NCBI GenBank assembly: GCA_965262935.1
Contig: OZ253572.1
Span: forward strand, 3,861,369-3,925,368
Source of the DNA: Spirochaetia bacterium
GTDB lineage: Bacteria > Spirochaetota > Spirochaetia > SZUA-6 > Bin103
Direction of reading: 5' to 3'
DNA: 64,000 nt
Positions within the stretch are counted from its first letter, which is position 1, and every line of letters begins with the position of its first letter. The notes below the pieces were generated by a model. It did no database searches. It was not told where the DNA came from and saw only the letters and a list, made by a program, of their open reading frames with translations. Shown piece by piece: positions 61,984 to 64,000 of the stretch. A program made the position numbers and the translations under genes.

Positions 61984-62760
61984 ATGCGCCCGCTCACCGC
62001 CAGCGCCATGATGCTGCCGGTCACGGCTGATCGCACGGCCATCATTTCGTTGCGGGCGGCCGGCGACATGCGCCGCCCGCAGCCGTTGCGCCGCCTGCTC
62101 GGCGAGGTCGGGGTAGCGCCCTCCCGGCTGTGCCGCGTGGCGCAGATCCACTCGCGCCGCGTCGTTGCCGAACAGGCGTGCCGCCGGCTGGCGCCGCCCG
62201 GCCGGCGGGCCCGGCCCTCGCTGGGCGAGCGCTGGGCCGCGCACCGGGCGGATGGGCTGGTGGCCGGGCCGGACAGCGCCGCCGCCGGCGTTGCGCTGCT
62301 GGTGACCGCGGCCGACTGCGTGCCGATACTGATGGCGGCACCGGGCGGCGCCTACGCACTGCTGCATTCGGGCTGGCGCGGCACCGGCATCGCGGCGGCG
62401 GCCGTACGCCGCCTGCAGCAGCGCTATGGCGCCGATCCGGCTGCGCTGACGGTGGTGCTCGGTCCCGCCATCGGTGCCTGCTGCTACACGGTCGACGAGC
62501 AGCGCTACCGGCTGTTCCGCGACCGCTACGGCAGCGCTGCGGTGCGCACCGGCGCGGCGCGGGAGCGCTACCTGGACCTGCACGCGGCCAACACCGTGCT
62601 GCTGCGGCGTCTCGGGGTGCGCGACATTCGCGCCACGCACACCTGCACGTCGTGCGATCCCCTGCTGCACTCGTCGCGGCGCGACGGCGGCGGCCTGATA
62701 TGCGCGCTGATGGCCGTGCTGCTGCTGCCGCACGCGCCCGGTCGCGGCGCGGCGCGGTAA
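61984..62760 (+). CDS. pgeF: YfiH/PgeF (DUF152, laccase-domain) family purine-nucleoside-processing enzyme (258 aa)
   Basis: ADCVP, HSGWRG and CTSC motifs conserved in the YfiH family. Confidence 0.65.
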   Translation: MRPLTASAMMLPVTADRTAIISLRAAGDMRRPQPLRRLLGEVGVAPSRLCRVAQIHSRRVVAEQACRRLAPPGRRARPSLGERWAAHRADGLVAGPDSAAAGVALLVTAADCVPILMAAPGGAYALLHSGWRGTGIAAAAVRRLQQRYGADPAALTVVLGPAIGACCYTVDEQRYRLFRDRYGSAAVRTGAARERYLDLHAANTVLLRRLGVRDIRATHTCTSCDPLLHSSRRDGGGLICALMAVLLLPHAPGRGAAR

Positions 62761-62828
62761 GGCGCCCGGCCCGCCCGGCCCCGTAGCGAAGGACCGCACC
62801 AGCCGCTATAGTTCACCGGCTGTCCGCC

Positions 62829-64000
62829 ATGGCGCAGGAAATTCGCAACATCGGCATCATCGCCCACATCGACGCCGGCAAGACGACCACCACCGAACGG
62901 ATCCTGTTTTACACCGGCATCAGCCACCGCATGGGCGAGGTCGACGACGGCGAAGCCACCATGGACTGGATGAGTCAGGAACAGGAACGCGGCATTACCA
63001 TCACCGCCGCCGCCACCACCTGCTACTGGCGCGACCATCAGATCAACATCATCGACACCCCCGGCCACGTCGACTTCACGGCCGAGGTGGAGCGCGCCCT
63101 GCGCGTCCTCGACGGCGCCATCGGCGTATTCTCCGCCGTGGAAGGAGTCGAGCCGCAGTCGGAGCACGTATGGCGGCAGAGCGACCACCACCGGGTACCG
63201 CGGGTTGCGTTCATCAACAAGCTGGACCGGATCGGCGCCCGCTTTCGGGAAGTGGTGGCCGAGATCGGCGAGCGCCTGGGCGGCTGCCCGCTGCCGGTGC
63301 AGCTTCCGTTCGGGACGGAATCCGACTTCACCGGCATCGCCGACCTGATCGACGGCGTGGGGCTGCGCTTCGGCGGCGCCCACGGCGAGCGCATCGAACG
63401 GGTACCGATTCCGGCCACGTTGCGCGAGGCGGTCGACGCAGCGCGCGAACGCATGATCGACGAGCTGGCCACCGAGTCGGACGAAATCACCGCCCGCTAC
63501 CTGGCAGGCGAGCCGATCCCGCCGCGGCTGCTGCGCCGGGAGATCCGCCGCCGTACCATGGCCGGCGACCTGTTCGCGGTGCTGTGCGGCGCCGCGTTGC
63601 GCAATGCCGGCGTACAGCCGCTGCTCGATGCCATCGTCGACTTCCTGCCCGCCCCCGACGAGGTGGCGCCGCCGGTGGTGCTCGACCGCGCCGGCACCGC
63701 GGTCGAGTTGCCGCGCGGCCCGCGCGCCGCACCGGTCGCCCTGGCATTCAAGCTGCGCTGCGACCGTGAGGCGGGCCTGCTCAGCTATCTGCGCGTCTAC
63801 GCGGGCACGATACGGACCGGCGACACGGTGTACAACGCGGTCCGCGGCGGGCGCGAGCGGGTCGGCCGCCTGTTGCGCATGCACGCTAATCGGTCGCAGC
63901 CATTGGCCGAGCTGAACGCCGGCGACATCGCCGTGGCGGTCGGTTTCAAGCACGTGCAGACCGGCGATACCGTGGGCGGCGCCGGCGCCAGCCTGCTGCT
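62829..64000 (+). CDS. fusA: Elongation factor G-family GTPase (EF-G paralog), 5' portion; continues beyond window
   Basis: [33 protein letters not shown] GTPase motifs. Not in the ORF table because it runs off the end. Confidence 0.8.
   Translation, partial: MAQEIRNIGIIAHIDAGKTTTTERILFYTGISHRMGEVDDGEATMDWMSQEQERGITITAAATTCYWRDHQINIIDTPGHVDFTAEVERALRVLDGAIGVFSAVEGVEPQSEHVWRQSDHHRVPRVAFINKLDRIGARFREVVAEIGERLGGCPLPVQLPFGTESDFTGIADLIDGVGLRFGGAHGERIERVPIPATLREAVDAARERMIDELATESDEITARYLAGEPIPPRLLRREIRRRTMAGDLFAVLCGAALRNAGVQPLLDAIVDFLPAPDEVAPPVVLDRAGTAVELPRGPRAAPVALAFKLRCDREAGLLSYLRVYAGTIRTGDTVYNAVRGGRERVGRLLRMHANRSQPLAELNAGDIAVAVGFKHVQTGDTVGGAGASLL

Overview
High-GC (about 68-70% outside one island) bacterial chromosomal segment with three kinds of content. 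(1) Positions 1-9320 (+): a type I-G/I-U-like CRISPR interference operon with an unusual gene set: cas7(Csb1-like, 3' fragment at window edge)-csb2(Cas5/Cas6 fusion)-[346-bp spacer]-cas7-csb2-cas3(C-terminal HD)-short Csx17/Cas8u2-like gene. This means two divergent Cas7 plus Cas5/6 pairs in tandem. The matching adaptation module is on the opposite strand 24 kb away: cas4/cas1 fusion-cas2-leader followed by a 97-repeat CRISPR array (26369-33555, 36-bp repeat). (2) Between the two parts lies a nest of mobile DNA: two related three/four-gene transposons (Zn-ribbon protein + rve/Mu-C DDE transposase + TniB/ExeA-like AAA+ ATPase), one of them a clean 3528-bp insertion with 12-bp TIRs and a 5-bp ACTGG TSD inside an IS4-like transposase gene; a mazEF-like pair; a lower-GC (about 50-55%) peptide ABC importer operon with hairpin-repeat-filled intergenic DNA; and a 5' fragment of a group II intron abutting the array. 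(3) Downstream of cas4/1: a scrambled defense/TA-rich region with three diverged copies of the cas4 5' end, DUF433/DUF5615, DUF4258/DUF2283, PIN fragment, and a HEPN-like + small-partner pair; then a segmental duplication (amidohydrolase 3' half + Rieske gene + ABC exporter 3' end) whose two copies carry different cargo in the same slot. The right-hand 17 kb is ordinary housekeeping DNA (SDR, tRNA-Leu, two lnt paralogs, rho with N-terminal insertion domain, response regulator, IHF/HU, rpsT, tyrS, glyQS, gltX, bioY, pgeF, EF-G). All family assignments are from reading translated ORFs by eye for motifs; no database search was possible. Many long ORFs on the opposite strand of real genes are GC-driven artefacts and were ignored.
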